Part shown: in pieces, positions 6,601 through 7,156 of the stretch
Numbering within the stretch: position 1 is the first letter of the stretch
How the letters are laid out: each line of letters begins with the position of its first letter
Source of the DNA: Histomonas meleagridis 2922-C6/04-290x
Taxonomy: Eukaryota > Protista > Parabasalia
Direction of reading: 5' to 3'
Assembly: GCA_020184695.1 (NCBI GenBank)
Contig: JAANOX010000024.1
Location: 1 to 7,156 of the forward strand
DNA length: 7,156 nt
The notes under the pieces: model-generated
The model's input: the letters and a program-made list of their open reading frames with translations, nothing else
Told to the model about the DNA's origin: nothing
The model's database searches: none
Position numbers and translations under genes: made by a program

Positions 6601-7147
6601 GAATGATTAGGTTTTGATTTTTTTGGAGTTCAAATTTAATTATGTTGATCTCGTTTTCTTTTTCTATAAGCAATTGTTTTTGTTGTTTGCTTTTTCCTGA
6701 GATTTTTGTGTATTTTTTAAAAAGAACATTCAATTGAGATTGAAGTTTTTTCTTTTCATTTTGTTCATCTGTGAATGAAAGACCCAAAGAAATACGTTCT
6801 TTAAGTTCTTCTATAGTCCAATTATTACCAAGAAATTCTTGTATAACATCTGATACAGATTTCATTTTATTTTGAAATTCGATAAGTTTCTCATAGTTGG
6901 ATAGTTTTTCAACAATTGATTGCCATCCTCCATATTTATCAATTTCATTAAATTGTTTTTCAATAATATCAACATTTTCTTCCATACGTCCACAAACCCA
7001 GGAATATATATCTGTTTGCTGATCATTTCCATTGTATATACCTTCTGAGTGAATTGCTTTTTCTGTTCTTTGTAATTGTAATCTTATCTTTTCGAAAGAA
7101 TGGCATATCTGAAAAGTAAAATATGTTAAATCATCAATTTGCTTCAT
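3641..7147 (-). CDS. Large repetitive coiled-coil protein with C-terminal tail anchor (golgin/tether-like), 1168 aa, possibly 5'-incomplete
   Basis: Uninterrupted 1168-codon ORF rich in E/K/N/Q/I/L with heptad character. I found no Pro in the translation, and it ends in a hydrophobic segment. The frame stays open upstream of the ATG to the window edge (GAA AAT TTA ATG), so the true start may lie beyond 7156. Confidence 0.9.
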   Translation of the reverse strand: MKQIDDLTYFTFQICHSFEKIRLQLQRTEKAIHSEGIYNGNDQQTDIYSWVCGRMEENVDIIEKQFNEIDKYGGWQSIVEKLSNYEKLIEFQNKMKSVSDVIQEFLGNNWTIEELKERISLGLSFTDEQNEKKKLQSQLNVLFKKYTKISGKSKQQKQLLIEKENEINIIKFELQKNQNLIIQLNQQNKSRQKSISELEEMINELKSDKQNLESEKNLFQNAMEKNTNQIEAEKIQYEGLVKHLNGQISKLEQENIEVKHFLEGEETKIKNIENQYNQILMENKQMKKELNNKIQQIEKLETEISDLRNRNKENNKFITENDKEKHIKELEKEINELMNQNNKFASESDRQRRIAELEREISDLRNQNNENNKNNKQKRIAELEREVSELRNQNDENDNLVTDGNRQKRIEELEKEINDLRNQNNENDKNNKQKRIKELEREIYELGKQNDENDNFEVNSANDLRNQNDENDKQKRIKELEREINDLRNQNENNQNSSFEENNKQRRIKELEKEIYDLRNQNDQNNKQKRITELEREISDMKNQNDENDKQKRIAELEGEIANKQQIIDSLEKDINSNIQRIVELEEKINELQNNMTIADNENLEHIKELENELNEKAQEIKKLKDEIKGLKEENIRNDELETENANRRHIKELEREINELIEKQKAKNDEIEENNKEKRIEALEKELNAKQQKIEELENAINELNEIQSKLSKELKTENNNKEHIKELENELDSKIQKIEELENEINKLNEIQIKLNKELETEKENQKNLEELEQEINKIRENRNARNDEIENANKKLIEVLELELNNKQQKIEELENEIDELNEIQIKLNKELETENNNKKYLEGLKQEINKIRENQNTQNDEIENANKKRIEELEQELNAKQQRIKELENEIKENLEKLQISENQCKELQKEIQQIENDHQNNEEKTQQILNDNDDKTQQINNLQKSFDDNEIKLKEMEKELLMKSNEIDKLKELIEKSESHSKFLEEQFNSLKSQNIGSSQSILQLQKDAFDMQLLKEKAENKIQELEKQKNEQNEIIKKLENEINSLKENNQNIKDELNKEKEQKINEKFKDDQIDGLQNDLNEQTKKIKKLKEKHHQIELKLQNGNQLQKFDESILEHKQLLYLYEFSDIAQKYANYAQKKRRMFLLSTFLLLCIGYSVLGK
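3644..3712 (-). other. C-terminal transmembrane tail anchor of gene 2
   Basis: KKRR (3712-3701), then MFLLSTFLLLCIGYSVL (17 aa, 3700-3650), then GK-stop. No other long hydrophobic segment or signal peptide is visible in the ORF. Confidence 0.75.
4457..5332 (-). repeat. Coding repeat array B: X (44-45 aa) and Y (29-30 aa) modules in the order X-Y-X-X-Y-X-Y-X(partial)
   Basis: DNA recurs at a 222-bp offset (TTTCTAATTCTTTATTAAGTTTAATTTG at 4639 and 4861) and a 135-bp offset (CTAATTCTTCAATTTTTTGT at 4918 and 5053). These match X+Y = 74 aa and X = 45 aa. Confidence 0.85.
5456..6262 (-). repeat. Coding repeat array A: 10 copies of core (K/R)Q(K/R)RIxELE(R/K)EIxDLRNQN with variable Asn/Asp-rich linkers
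   Basis: Unit lengths are 30, 27, 26, 30, 26, 41, 31, 23 and 23 aa, followed by a final core. These sum to 257 aa = 771 nt, which matches positions 6262 to 5492. Confidence 0.9.
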
Positions 7148-7156
7148 TAAATTTTC

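Noticed and set aside
3641-7147. Assignment as SMC, myosin, kinesin or KASH protein
   Set aside because: No Walker A/B, hinge or motor motifs are visible in the window, and the C-terminus lacks the KASH PPPx ending.

Overview
AT-rich eukaryotic DNA in the standard genetic code, with two long intron-less protein genes in tandem on the minus strand. The composition, lack of introns, an ankyrin remnant and a UAAA-type 3' end suggest a parabasalid (trichomonad) protist; this is an inference. Gene 1 (801-2942, 713 aa) looks like a nuclear protein. It has a P/Q-rich N-terminus, a degenerate SP-RING (MIZ/PIAS-type) zinc finger, an array of 18 Met/Ser/Pro-rich octapeptides on a 24-bp period, a (QM)n microsatellite and basic NLS-like clusters. 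Gene 2 (3641-7147, at least 1168 aa, frame open to the window edge) is a proline-free coiled-coil protein built from two modular repeat arrays and ends in a C-terminal tail anchor. The intergenic DNA holds a short ankyrin-like remnant, possible Myb/M3-type sites and a weak, possibly transposase-like relic. I found no rRNA, tRNA, CRISPR array or intact mobile element. The other ORF-track entries are shadow ORFs. I cannot show a new multi-gene system here; the best leads are the variant SP-RING fused to the octapeptide array and the segmented tail-anchored rod.
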